From positions 9,485-73,484 of the forward strand of contig NZ_JBNKWF010000001.1 in the NCBI RefSeq assembly GCF_050299635.1: a stretch of 64,000 nucleotides of DNA, written 5' to 3'. Origin of the DNA: Altererythrobacter sp. (GTDB lineage Bacteria; Pseudomonadota; Alphaproteobacteria; Sphingomonadales; Sphingomonadaceae). The notes below the pieces were generated by a model. It was not told the DNA's origin, searched no databases, and worked only from the letters and a program-made list of their open reading frames with translations. The first letter of the stretch is position 1. Every line of letters starts with the position of its first letter. The translations under genes were made by a program, and so were the position numbers. Shown piece by piece: positions 20,695 to 29,246 of this stretch.

Positions 20695-21129
20695 CTATTC
20701 GTCCGTGTACTTCGTTTCGAGCCAGCTCCTGATGGCCCAGCCGGCTTCCTGGCCAAGAACCTCGCCGAAGGGCGGCATATAGACCTTGCCGTCATGGCTC
20801 GATCCGTGGCGGTAACGCTCCACGAACCATTCATCGCCCGATGGGCCAAGCTCGAGATAGCGCAGATCGGGGGCGATGCCGCCCGAAATTGCCTGCAGTC
20901 CGTGGCAGCGAGCGCAGTTCTGGCCATAGGCCGATTCGCCGATCTCGATCGCCCGGGCGTTCCCCGAATAGGGATTTTCTTCAAGCCATTCCTCGCCGAT
21001 CTGCGGAAGGTCCGATGTGTCGACCGCCTGTGGCGTCACATCCCCGTGCGCAGCTACCTGCGAGCCAATTCCCACGGTAAGAGCGGCAGAAGCCAACCCC
21101 AAGACTATATGATTGCGAATCTTTTTCAT
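20695..21129 (-). CDS. Cytochrome c550 (ExaB/PedF-like electron acceptor of the PQQ-ADH)
   Basis: Signal peptide MKKIRNHIVLGLASAALT and a single haem motif CARCHG. The start is placed at 21129; the ORF track extends to 21213. Confidence 0.85.
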   Translation of the reverse strand: MKKIRNHIVLGLASAALTVGIGSQVAAHGDVTPQAVDTSDLPQIGEEWLEENPYSGNARAIEIGESAYGQNCARCHGLQAISGGIAPDLRYLELGPSGDEWFVERYRHGSSHDGKVYMPPFGEVLGQEAGWAIRSWLETKYTDE

Positions 21130-21264
21130 CTCAGCATCCTCGTGCGACCACGGCCCGGAAGGGGCCATTTCCCAATACATGCAGAATAGCGGCTGCATTG
21201 GGCGCGATCCCATTGTACTTTTGGCGAATGTTTTTGCTCGCCTGAGGGAAAGTAAGAGAACATC

Positions 21265-22242
21265 ATGAGGATGAGAATGTTTTTCTTCGCAGGCTTGCTC
21301 GGCTCCGCCGTGATTGCGTCTCCGTCAATGGCGCAGACTGCCTATGTCAGCAACGAGCGCTCTTCGACAGTGAGCGTGATCGATATCGCCAGTGGCGAAG
21401 TCATCGATACCTTCGATGTAGGTCAGCGACCGCGCGGCATCCTGCTGAGCAAGGACGGCAAATACCTCTATATCTGCGCCAGCCTGGACAATGCGGTTGA
21501 GGTCAGGGACCGCAAGACCGGGGTTTTGATCGCTACCCTTCCATCGGGCAACGACCCCGAACAGTTCTTCCTCTCCAACGACGGAAAACTGCTGTTCGTG
21601 GCGAATGAGGACAATGCCGCATCCACTGCCATCGATCTCGAATCGCAAAGGGTTGCCTGGCAGGTCGAGGTTGGCGAGGAGCCGGAAGGCATCGCCCAGA
21701 GCCCGGACGGAAAGTGGCTGCTGGTTACAAGCGAGGAAGACAACCTCATCTCATGGATCGACCTTGCTACACGTGAGGTCGTCCACGAAACAGAAACTGA
21801 CGTCCGCCCGCGTCACATCGAGTTCACGCCTGACGGCAAGGAGGCCTGGGTCGCCGCCGAAGTGGGGCAGAAGGTCCATGTGATCGACATGGCAAGCAAA
21901 GAGATCGTCTCGACGATCGAATTCGCTCCGCCCGGTGCGCTTCCCTACAAGGTCCTGCCTTGCGGCATCCGCTTCACGTCCGATGGGAAGACGGCGGTGG
22001 TCGCATTGGGGCGCGCCAACAACATTGCCCTGATCGACGCCTCCAGTCGCGAAGTGAGCGGATATGTCGAGGTCGGCAGCCGACCCTGGCATCTCGCGAT
22101 CACTCAGGACGACCGTCAAGCGATCGTTGCCAATGGCGGCAGCGACGACATCTCCATCGTCGACCTGGCAGCGATGAAAGTGGTCAAGACGATTCCGGGT
22201 GGCAATGGTCCCTGGGGCGTGGTGCTGGTCCCTTCGGAGTGA
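21265..22242 (+). CDS. YVTN-type beta-propeller repeat protein (PQQ-catabolism-associated)
   Basis: Signal peptide and about seven repeated blades (AYVSNERSSTVSVID, LYICASLDNAVEVRD, LFVANEDNAASTAIDL, LLVTSEEDNLISWID, ...). Confidence 0.8.
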   Translation: MRMRMFFFAGLLGSAVIASPSMAQTAYVSNERSSTVSVIDIASGEVIDTFDVGQRPRGILLSKDGKYLYICASLDNAVEVRDRKTGVLIATLPSGNDPEQFFLSNDGKLLFVANEDNAASTAIDLESQRVAWQVEVGEEPEGIAQSPDGKWLLVTSEEDNLISWIDLATREVVHETETDVRPRHIEFTPDGKEAWVAAEVGQKVHVIDMASKEIVSTIEFAPPGALPYKVLPCGIRFTSDGKTAVVALGRANNIALIDASSREVSGYVEVGSRPWHLAITQDDRQAIVANGGSDDISIVDLAAMKVVKTIPGGNGPWGVVLVPSE

Positions 22243-22251
22243 TCTGAAACA

Positions 22252-22269
22252 GGGTGCCGGTTGGCACCC
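22252..22269 (+). terminator. Hairpin GGGTGCC-ggtt-GGCACCC after the beta-propeller gene
   Basis: Perfect 7-bp GC-rich stem 10 nt after the stop codon, with a weak T tract. Confidence 0.4.
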
Positions 22270-22396
22270 GATTCTCAGCCATTCAGACCCTCATCCCAAA
22301 GTAGGACGACCATAGTCCAATTTCGGCAAACGAGCCGGCAGCGCATCTTTTCCCCACCGTAGAAAACGGAAAATCACCACAGAGGGGGGAAGGATA

Positions 22397-23815
22397 ATGG
22401 TCTCCAAACTATTCCTGCGTTGTGCCGTCGCCGCAGTGGCTCTCAGCGCCACCAGCGTACCGGCCTATGCACAAAGCAGCGGCACACAGGTGCTGCTGCA
22501 AAGGCTCCATGAAAAGGGCATCCTCACAGACGAGGAATATGCCGAAATCATGTCCGAGATGAAGACGGAAGCGCAGGCCGCGCCGCCGCCGCCGATGGAA
22601 AGGGCACAGGAAACGCTCGATTCAAGCCGCGTAGTCAAGATGACTGACAGCGGCATCGGCTTCGAAGTTGGCCCGGCAACCATCAAGTTCGGCGGCTCTG
22701 TCAATGGCTTCTATGTCCACGACAATCCCGACACGCCTTCCGCCACGACAGCAGTCACTGGCGGCATCGCCAGCGTTGGCACCAACAACAGCAGCGCGGT
22801 GCGCAACGGCTTGCTTCCGGGCTTCCTGACCGTGAGCGTCACTTCGCAGCAGGAAGGCTGGGACGTGGGCGCATTCTTCGGCATGTATCCCGGCATCAAC
22901 AGCACCGCCTGGGGCGCATTGGGCGCCAACAACGGCGGCCAGCCGACCGCGCTGGCAACGGCAGGGATCGACTTCCGCCAGGTCTATCTGACCTTCGGCA
23001 AGCCCAATGTCGGCACGGTCAAGATCGGGCGCGACATCGGCCTGTTCGCTTCGGAAGCCATCCTGAACGACATCACGCTGCTGTCTTCCGGCACGCCGGG
23101 CGGCAATGTCGCGCCTGGCAACACCACACTGGGCCGCATCGGCGTTGGATATATCTACACCGACTTCCAGCCGCAGATCACCTATACTTCGCCCAAGTTC
23201 GGCGGAGCGCAGATCTCTGCCGGTGTGTTCCAGCCGCTGTCTTCGCTGACCGCTCCAGGCCAGTCGAACCAGCAGCCCGGTTTCCAGGGCAAGATCACCT
23301 ATGACGGCAGCTTCGGCGACGTCTCGACGCGCCTGTGGGTCTCGGGTGTGACGCAGAAGCACGACACTGTCGGCGCTGGCACGGGTGGATTTACCTCCTA
23401 CACCGGTCGCGGCATCGATGTCGGCGGGAAGGTTACAGTCGGCCCTGTCACGGCCACCGGCTATTACTACACCGGCAAGGGCCTGGGTACGACCGTACTC
23501 AACCTGTTCGATACTGACGCATTCGGTAATCCGCGCAAGAGCGATGGCTTCTACGGACAGGCGCTGGCCACCTTCGGCAAGGTTTCGATTGGCGGCAGCT
23601 ACGGCGAAAGCTCGCTCAAGCATGCAAACGCCGCCGACGCGCTGGCTAACCCAACGCTGGTCAAGACCAATTCCAGCTGGGTCGGGCAGCTTCGCTACGG
23701 CCTGACCAGCTGGGTCACGCTGATTGGCGAATACGTCCACAGCGAGGCAAAGGCGCACAACGGCAATAAGGCTGAAAGCGATACGCTTGCAGTCGGAGGT
23801 ATCATGTTCTTCTGA
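22397..23815 (+). CDS. Outer membrane porin (OprO/P-like architecture)
   Basis: Signal peptide ending AYAQ, an N-terminal helical segment (LLQRLHEKGILTDEEYAEIM), a long beta-strand region and a C-terminal GGIMFF. Confidence 0.7.
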   Translation: MVSKLFLRCAVAAVALSATSVPAYAQSSGTQVLLQRLHEKGILTDEEYAEIMSEMKTEAQAAPPPPMERAQETLDSSRVVKMTDSGIGFEVGPATIKFGGSVNGFYVHDNPDTPSATTAVTGGIASVGTNNSSAVRNGLLPGFLTVSVTSQQEGWDVGAFFGMYPGINSTAWGALGANNGGQPTALATAGIDFRQVYLTFGKPNVGTVKIGRDIGLFASEAILNDITLLSSGTPGGNVAPGNTTLGRIGVGYIYTDFQPQITYTSPKFGGAQISAGVFQPLSSLTAPGQSNQQPGFQGKITYDGSFGDVSTRLWVSGVTQKHDTVGAGTGGFTSYTGRGIDVGGKVTVGPVTATGYYYTGKGLGTTVLNLFDTDAFGNPRKSDGFYGQALATFGKVSIGGSYGESSLKHANAADALANPTLVKTNSSWVGQLRYGLTSWVTLIGEYVHSEAKAHNGNKAESDTLAVGGIMFF

Positions 23816-23854
23816 GGTTGATCGGAAGCGACACGATATCGTAGTACTCTCCCT

Positions 23855-23894
23855 GAGCCGGTGGCGGTCGCAAGACATCCACCGGCTCTCTTTT
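23855..23894 (+). terminator. Strong hairpin plus T tract between the porin and the TonB-dependent receptor
   Basis: GAGCCGGTGG-N14-CCACCGGCTC (perfect 10-bp stem) followed by TCTTTT. It ends 23 nt before the receptor ATG. Confidence 0.6.
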
Positions 23895-23916
23895 CCCCAG
23901 GCGCAAGAAGGGTCCG

Positions 23917-25983
23917 ATGAGGAACACAAACACTAAGAGCTCGCACGGCATTGCACTGATCGCATTGGCTATTTCGCTGGCGTCAACGCCCGCGGCAGCA
24001 CAGGAAAGCGGCGCGCAGGAGGGGGACGAGCCCGCGCAAGAAGATCGGGCTCCTGTTCCAATCCTGGTAACTGGCCACGGGCTTGAGCAAACGCCAGCTT
24101 CAGTCGCATATGGTTCGCAGGAGATCGACCGCGAAGCGATCGTATCGACCGGCTCAGGCCGGATCGAGGATGCGCTTTCCTCCGTCGCCGGTTTCCAGCA
24201 GTTCCGCCGGTCTGACAGCCGCTCCTCCAATCCCTCTGCTCAAGGCGCGACCTTGCGCGCATTGGGCGGCAACGCCACCAGCCGCGCCCTCGTCCTGCTC
24301 GATGGCGTGCCGATGAGTGACCCCTTCTTCGGCTATATCCCGTTTGGTGCGATCGCTCCCGAACGGTTGGGCCAGGCACGCGTAACACGCGGCGGCGGAT
24401 CCGGTCCGTTTGGCGCGGGTGCGCTTGCAGGCACGATCGAACTCACCAGTGCCGATGCTGATACGCTGGGCCTCTTCAGTGGTAGCCTATTGGGCAACAA
24501 TCGCGGCGAAACCGAAGCGAATGCGACAGTGGCGGGCAATCTGGGTGCGGGATTCGCAGCCATTTCCGGCCGTTGGGACCGCGGCAAGGGCTTCTACACT
24601 ACGCCGGAGGACCAGCGCGCACCGCTTAGCGCACGCGCGGCCTATGACAGCTGGTCGGTCCAACTCCGCGGCGTCGCCCCGCTGACCGATACAATCGAGC
24701 TGCAAGCGCGCGGGCTGGTCTATGATGACAATCGCACGCTCCGCTTCGATGGCGCGGACAGCAGCAGCGAAGCGCAGGACGCAAGCCTGCGCCTGGTAGG
24801 GCGTGGCGAGTGGCAGTTCGACTTGCTGGGCTATATCCAGGCGCGCAATTTCTCCAACGTTGTCATAAGCTCGACCCGTTTTGTTCCGGTGCTGGACCAG
24901 CGCAACACGCCTTCCACCGGGATCGGCGGCAAGTTCGAACTGCGCCCGCCAGTGGGCGAGGCGCATGTGCTCAGGCTCGGTGTCGATTATCGCCGGTCAG
25001 ACGGAGAACTGTTCGAGACGGCGATCAGCGCTTTCAGCGGCAATGTCACCGCACGCCGCAATGCCGGCGGGACCAATACCGATCTTGGCTTCTTCCTTGA
25101 GGATGACTGGAGCATCGGCCCGGTCACGCTAACCGTCGGGGCCCGCGCGGATCGATATACCATTCGCGACGGATTCTACCACGCGGTCGATGGATCGGGC
25201 GCGTTGCTCGACGATAATCGGTTTGCCAACCGCTCGGGCTGGGAAGGTTCGTTCCGTGGCGGTGCTGTCGTGAGGCTGAGCGAGGGACTGCGGCTACGCG
25301 GCGCGGCCTACACAGGCCTGCGCCTGCCCACGCTCAACGAGCTCTATCGGCCCTTCGTGGTGTTCCCAGTGGTCACGCAGGCCAATGCCGAGTTGAAGAA
25401 CGAGCGGCTCGAAGGATTCGAAGCCGGCCTCGACTTCACCAGCGGCGATAGCGTCAACCTTGCGCTGACACTGTTCGACAACAAGGTGAAAGACGCGATC
25501 GCCAATGTCACCATCGGCACCAACCTGCGTCAGCGCCGCAATATCGATGCGATCCACGCACGCGGAGTCGAAGCCAGCGCCGGTATCGCCTTGGGTCCGG
25601 TAAGATTCGATGGATCACTCGCCTATGTCGATGCCGAAGCGCAGGGTTCGGGCTTTGCCGCCGCGCTTGACGGAAACCGCCCTTCGCAAACGCCAAAATG
25701 GGTTGGCAGCGCGACGCTGAGCTATCGCCCGGCCGATAACTGGCTGGTCGCTGCAACAGTGCGCCACGTGGGTGCACAGTTCGAAGACGACCTCGAGACC
25801 AATGTGCTGAAATCGGCAACCACGCTCGGCGCCTATGCCCAGATCCCGCTTGCCGGGCCGGTTGCAATAGTCTTGCGAGGTGAGAACCTCACTGACGAGA
25901 CGATCATCACTCGCAATCAGCGCGGCTCGATCGATTTGGGCGTGCCACGTACCGTATGGGCGGGTATCAAAGTCGGACTGTGA
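23917..25983 (+). CDS. TonB-dependent outer membrane receptor
   Basis: Signal peptide, TonB-box-like PILVTG, a plug domain (ALGGNATSRALVLLDGVPMSDPFFG) and a 22-strand-type barrel region. 688 aa. Confidence 0.9.
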   Translation: MRNTNTKSSHGIALIALAISLASTPAAAQESGAQEGDEPAQEDRAPVPILVTGHGLEQTPASVAYGSQEIDREAIVSTGSGRIEDALSSVAGFQQFRRSDSRSSNPSAQGATLRALGGNATSRALVLLDGVPMSDPFFGYIPFGAIAPERLGQARVTRGGGSGPFGAGALAGTIELTSADADTLGLFSGSLLGNNRGETEANATVAGNLGAGFAAISGRWDRGKGFYTTPEDQRAPLSARAAYDSWSVQLRGVAPLTDTIELQARGLVYDDNRTLRFDGADSSSEAQDASLRLVGRGEWQFDLLGYIQARNFSNVVISSTRFVPVLDQRNTPSTGIGGKFELRPPVGEAHVLRLGVDYRRSDGELFETAISAFSGNVTARRNAGGTNTDLGFFLEDDWSIGPVTLTVGARADRYTIRDGFYHAVDGSGALLDDNRFANRSGWEGSFRGGAVVRLSEGLRLRGAAYTGLRLPTLNELYRPFVVFPVVTQANAELKNERLEGFEAGLDFTSGDSVNLALTLFDNKVKDAIANVTIGTNLRQRRNIDAIHARGVEASAGIALGPVRFDGSLAYVDAEAQGSGFAAALDGNRPSQTPKWVGSATLSYRPADNWLVAATVRHVGAQFEDDLETNVLKSATTLGAYAQIPLAGPVAIVLRGENLTDETIITRNQRGSIDLGVPRTVWAGIKVGL

Positions 25984-26504
25984 GTGAAGACACGATTCGA
26001 TATAATCGCGGCGCGCAAGCCCTGCACTGGATCATCGCGCTGCTGATAATCGCCAATCTGGCGACAGGTTTGCTGCACGATCCGCTGGAGGACTATGTCC
26101 GGCTGATGCCGCTTCACAAGTCGACCGGCATCACCATCCTGCTGCTTTCGCTTGCTCGTATCGCCTGGCGCTTCACCTGGACGCGGCCACCCTACCCGGA
26201 CAGCATGAGCGCGAAGGAAGTGGCGCTAGCGAAGGCAGTTCAGGCGCTTTTCTACGTAATGATGGTGCTAATGCCCGTGACGGGCTGGATCACGACTTCT
26301 GCCGGCAAATATCCGCTCACATGGTTCGGCCTGGTTGATATTCCGAAGTTCTCCGTCACTCGCGACAGCGCGACTTATGCCTTCAACCACGAAGCGCATG
26401 AAGTCATGGGCTTCGTCTTCCTCGCGCTGGTTGCGCTGCATGTCGGCGCAGCCTTGCGCCACCAATTCCTGCTCAAGGATGGAATCCTGCGCCGGATGGT
26501 GTGA
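25956..26504 (+). CDS. Cytochrome b561-family membrane protein
   Basis: Four TM helices with conserved His (ALHW, PLHKSTG, HEAHEVMG, LHVGAALRH). An alternative GTG start at 25980 would overlap the receptor stop (GTGA). Confidence 0.8.
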   Translation: MGGYQSRTVSEDTIRYNRGAQALHWIIALLIIANLATGLLHDPLEDYVRLMPLHKSTGITILLLSLARIAWRFTWTRPPYPDSMSAKEVALAKAVQALFYVMMVLMPVTGWITTSAGKYPLTWFGLVDIPKFSVTRDSATYAFNHEAHEVMGFVFLALVALHVGAALRHQFLLKDGILRRMV

Positions 26505-26511
26505 TGCGGCG

Positions 26512-27456
26512 TTATTCGTTGAGGAGCGGGAACAGCTCGGCCTCATAGCGCGGATAGAAATGCGAGACGCTGCGCTGCAGTTCGTAGCGGGCGGCATGCA
26601 TTCCGGCGAAGCGTTCGGGGATAGCAATCTCGCCTGCCTCGGTCATGTCTAAACCATTCGTAACGGCTTCGCGCAATGAGCGTTCCAGCCAGTTGATCCA
26701 GTCACGCGTCTGGCGAATGCCCTCCCCCTCGCTGTCGAGCGGACCATGGCCAGGCACAAGCTGAGCTAAATCCATGCTCTCGATCCGATCGAGCGAAGCA
26801 TTCCATGCTGCAAAATCGGCATTCGGCGTCGCGGGCGCGCGATTGTGAAACACCACGTCGCCCGCAATGAGCGTGCCCGTCGCGTGGTCGAGGATCGCGA
26901 GATCGGCTTCGCTGTGGCCGGAAAGCGCAAGGACCTCCAGCTTGCGGCCGCCGATCTCAAGCGGCCCTTCCGCCAGATCGCCTCGTGGCAAAACCAGTTC
27001 GCTGCCCGTCATCCACCCGGCAAGCAGGCGGTACATGGAATCCGAATAGCCTTCCCCATCGCGCTCGATGCCCATGCGAGTGCCGGGCAATGCGCGGAAC
27101 TCCGCCCCGGCAAAAGCGCCGGCGGCAAAGGCATGATCGGGATGGAGGTGGGTCAGGAAAACATGGGACACTGGCGCGCCCGAAACCTGATTCGCAAGCT
27201 CCGACAGGACCAGCCCGAAGGAATATGAAGGTCCGGGATCAACTACGATTGTACCGGCGTCGCTCGCCAGGATCACCGCGTTGGCGATGGCCCCTCCATT
27301 GGCGAATCCGATGGCTTCATCCTCGCCGCGCACCAACCAGATACCTTCGCCGATCGCCACCGCGCCGGGCTTATATGTTCCCGAGAATTGTTGCGCCTTG
27401 AGCGCCATTGGCGTCGCCAGCGCAGCGGCCAGGACTGTACGCCGGGTGAGCTTCAC
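26512..27456 (-). CDS. MBL-fold metallohydrolase (quinoprotein relay system zinc metallohydrolase type)
   Basis: Signal peptide and the metallo-beta-lactamase motif THLHPDH. ATGA coupling with the upstream SoxYZ-like gene. Confidence 0.75.
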   Translation of the reverse strand: MKLTRRTVLAAALATPMALKAQQFSGTYKPGAVAIGEGIWLVRGEDEAIGFANGGAIANAVILASDAGTIVVDPGPSYSFGLVLSELANQVSGAPVSHVFLTHLHPDHAFAAGAFAGAEFRALPGTRMGIERDGEGYSDSMYRLLAGWMTGSELVLPRGDLAEGPLEIGGRKLEVLALSGHSEADLAILDHATGTLIAGDVVFHNRAPATPNADFAAWNASLDRIESMDLAQLVPGHGPLDSEGEGIRQTRDWINWLERSLREAVTNGLDMTEAGEIAIPERFAGMHAARYELQRSVSHFYPRYEAELFPLLNE

Positions 27457-28256
27457 TGCACCGCAGCTGCCAGCCTGCGCCCGTTAGAAGCGCCGATCGT
27501 TCCACCAAACTCCAGCCCGCCGCTGTCGTGCGCGGAAATGCGGAACGCTCGCCCCGCCGAAGCGCCAACGACCAGCGTGAATGCCGGATCTTCCGACACA
27601 GAACCGTAAATCGTCATCTCTCCCAGCACGACTCCAGCATCATCAGCCAAGCTCAAGGTGTCGATGTTGTAAGCCGGTATGTTCTCGACCAGGCCAGTAT
27701 CCATCGGATGGCGAAATCCGAAGCGGATGCGGGTTTCGCCCTGTCCAGCCCAGGCCGCACCGCGCATTTCGCCAAGATGATCCGCCCAATCGCCCTTCAC
27801 CCGGCTGACCGGAGGTGCAGAGCATCCACCGCCCGCCGCATCGACCCATTCGCCGGACATGTGCCAAACGCCGTCGGATGTGAGCACAGCAGCGCGCACG
27901 GGCGTACGTTGATCGAGCTTGATCCTCGTCGCGACGAAGGCTTGCGCGCGCAGTGGCCTGTAATCGACTGCAATGGGAATGGGATTGAGATCGGCGAACA
28001 GTACGATCCGCTCGACGCTATCAAGCGCGCGCGCATCAACCGTCACGGGCAAGGCATGCTGGTTTTCCGCAATCATCGGGACTGAGAGCGAAACAGCTTC
28101 GTCAAATACAACCGGCGCGCCATCGAATATCTGCCCTGCGCGATATTCCCACATGGGCGACCCGAGAGGATCGGCAGGCAATTCGCCCGCCATCGCTGCG
28201 GATGGGGCGACGAACATCGCAAGGGCAAACAAGGATCGCATCATACCAATGGGCAA
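27453..28256 (-). CDS. Quinoprotein dehydrogenase-associated SoxYZ-like carrier
   Basis: Signal peptide, an internal SoxY-like GGGC motif (AAGGGCSAPP) and a SoxZ-like C-terminal half (RHPMDTGLVENIPAYNIDTL ... SVSEDPAF). Confidence 0.6.
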   Translation of the reverse strand: MPIGMMRSLFALAMFVAPSAAMAGELPADPLGSPMWEYRAGQIFDGAPVVFDEAVSLSVPMIAENQHALPVTVDARALDSVERIVLFADLNPIPIAVDYRPLRAQAFVATRIKLDQRTPVRAAVLTSDGVWHMSGEWVDAAGGGCSAPPVSRVKGDWADHLGEMRGAAWAGQGETRIRFGFRHPMDTGLVENIPAYNIDTLSLADDAGVVLGEMTIYGSVSEDPAFTLVVGASAGRAFRISAHDSGGLEFGGTIGASNGRRLAAAVQ

Positions 28257-28309
28257 TGTACCCCTGCCTAACGGTCTCTCACATTGAACTTTCGGATGAA
28301 AGGTATGCG

Positions 28310-28894
28310 ATGGCGTTCAGTTTGCGCAAGACCTGTGCTCACGCGCTTCTCGGCGCTGTATTGCTGACGGTCCCGGCGGCGGCTCAGCAATCGGTCGACC
28401 TGTTCGATCAGGACGGATACCGCAGCGCTCGATTTCGCGCGCCAATCAGGATCGATCCCGCCCCGGCCGTACATATTGCTCCAAGCGTTGCGCTCACCCT
28501 CGATCCTGCGCGCGATGCACTGTTCATCGATGTCATGCCGGTGGAAGGCGGCGTGCGCGACCCGCGCACGGGACAATGGCGCCTATCGCAGGATCACCTG
28601 ACGATCCCCGGTTCCCAATGGCATCCCGAAACCGGCCGCGCACCAGTCGACAAACATTTGTGGCAAGGGCTCGAACGTGCGATCTCGGTTGCCCGAAACC
28701 GCAAGCCCGGCCTGCCGGTCGTCATCTATTGCCGCGCCGATTGCTGGATGAGCTGGAACGTCGCGCGCCGTCTGGCAAAGAGCGGAATGAAAAACATCTG
28801 GTGGTTCGCTGAGGGAACCGACGGATGGCACGGGGCAGGCCGCCAATTGATCGCCGCCAGACCAGTCACAATCAAAGGCAAGAACAATCATTAA
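28310..28894 (+). CDS. Rhodanese-like periplasmic protein with CRADCW motif (PQQ-catabolism-associated CXXCW family type)
   Basis: Signal peptide MAFSLRKTCAHALLGAVLLTVPAAAQQ and a rhodanese-like active-site loop (VVIYCRADCWMSWN). The start is placed at 28310; the ORF track starts at 28202. Confidence 0.6.
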   Translation: MAFSLRKTCAHALLGAVLLTVPAAAQQSVDLFDQDGYRSARFRAPIRIDPAPAVHIAPSVALTLDPARDALFIDVMPVEGGVRDPRTGQWRLSQDHLTIPGSQWHPETGRAPVDKHLWQGLERAISVARNRKPGLPVVIYCRADCWMSWNVARRLAKSGMKNIWWFAEGTDGWHGAGRQLIAARPVTIKGKNNH

Positions 28895-28907
28895 GGAGAG
28901 TAACGCA

Positions 28908-29201
28908 ATGCCCAACATCGTGGTGAGCTATCCCAAGAGCGAAGGCGCGAGCTTCGACGCCGACTATTACCGAGACACCCATATTCCACTGGCGGAACGT
29001 ACCTGGGCACCGCACGGGTTGTCCGGTGCCGATATCCTCTGGCCTGCAGACGACGCCCAGCCCTTTGCCGCCATGGTCGTACTCGCCTTCGAGAGCGACG
29101 CAGCGATCGACGCAGCGATGGGTGACCCCGGCACCGCCGAGGTCATGGGCGATGTGCCCAGGTTCACGAATATCCAGCCGACGATCTACCGCACGGCCTA
29201 G
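28908..29201 (+). CDS. EthD-family small protein
   Basis: 97 aa with an N-terminal pattern (SFDADYYRDTHIPL) and overall ferredoxin-like dimeric alpha-beta-barrel size, typical of the EthD/TIGR02118-type family. Confidence 0.65.
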   Translation: MPNIVVSYPKSEGASFDADYYRDTHIPLAERTWAPHGLSGADILWPADDAQPFAAMVVLAFESDAAIDAAMGDPGTAEVMGDVPRFTNIQPTIYRTA

Positions 29202-29214
29202 GATCGGGACCAGA

Positions 29215-29240
29215 GGGAGGGCACCGCCAGGTGCCCTCCC
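29215..29240. terminator. Bidirectional hairpin between convergent EthD and cytochrome c genes
   Basis: GGGAGGGCACC-gcca-GGTGCCCTCCC, a perfect 11-bp stem. Confidence 0.55.
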
Positions 29241-29246
29241 GCCCGG

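Noticed and set aside
23816-23916. Possible cobalamin or other riboswitch in front of the TonB-dependent receptor.
   Set aside because: The spacer is only about 100 nt and is occupied by one simple hairpin plus a T tract. That is too short, and it lacks the conserved multi-stem architecture or B12-box-like sequence.
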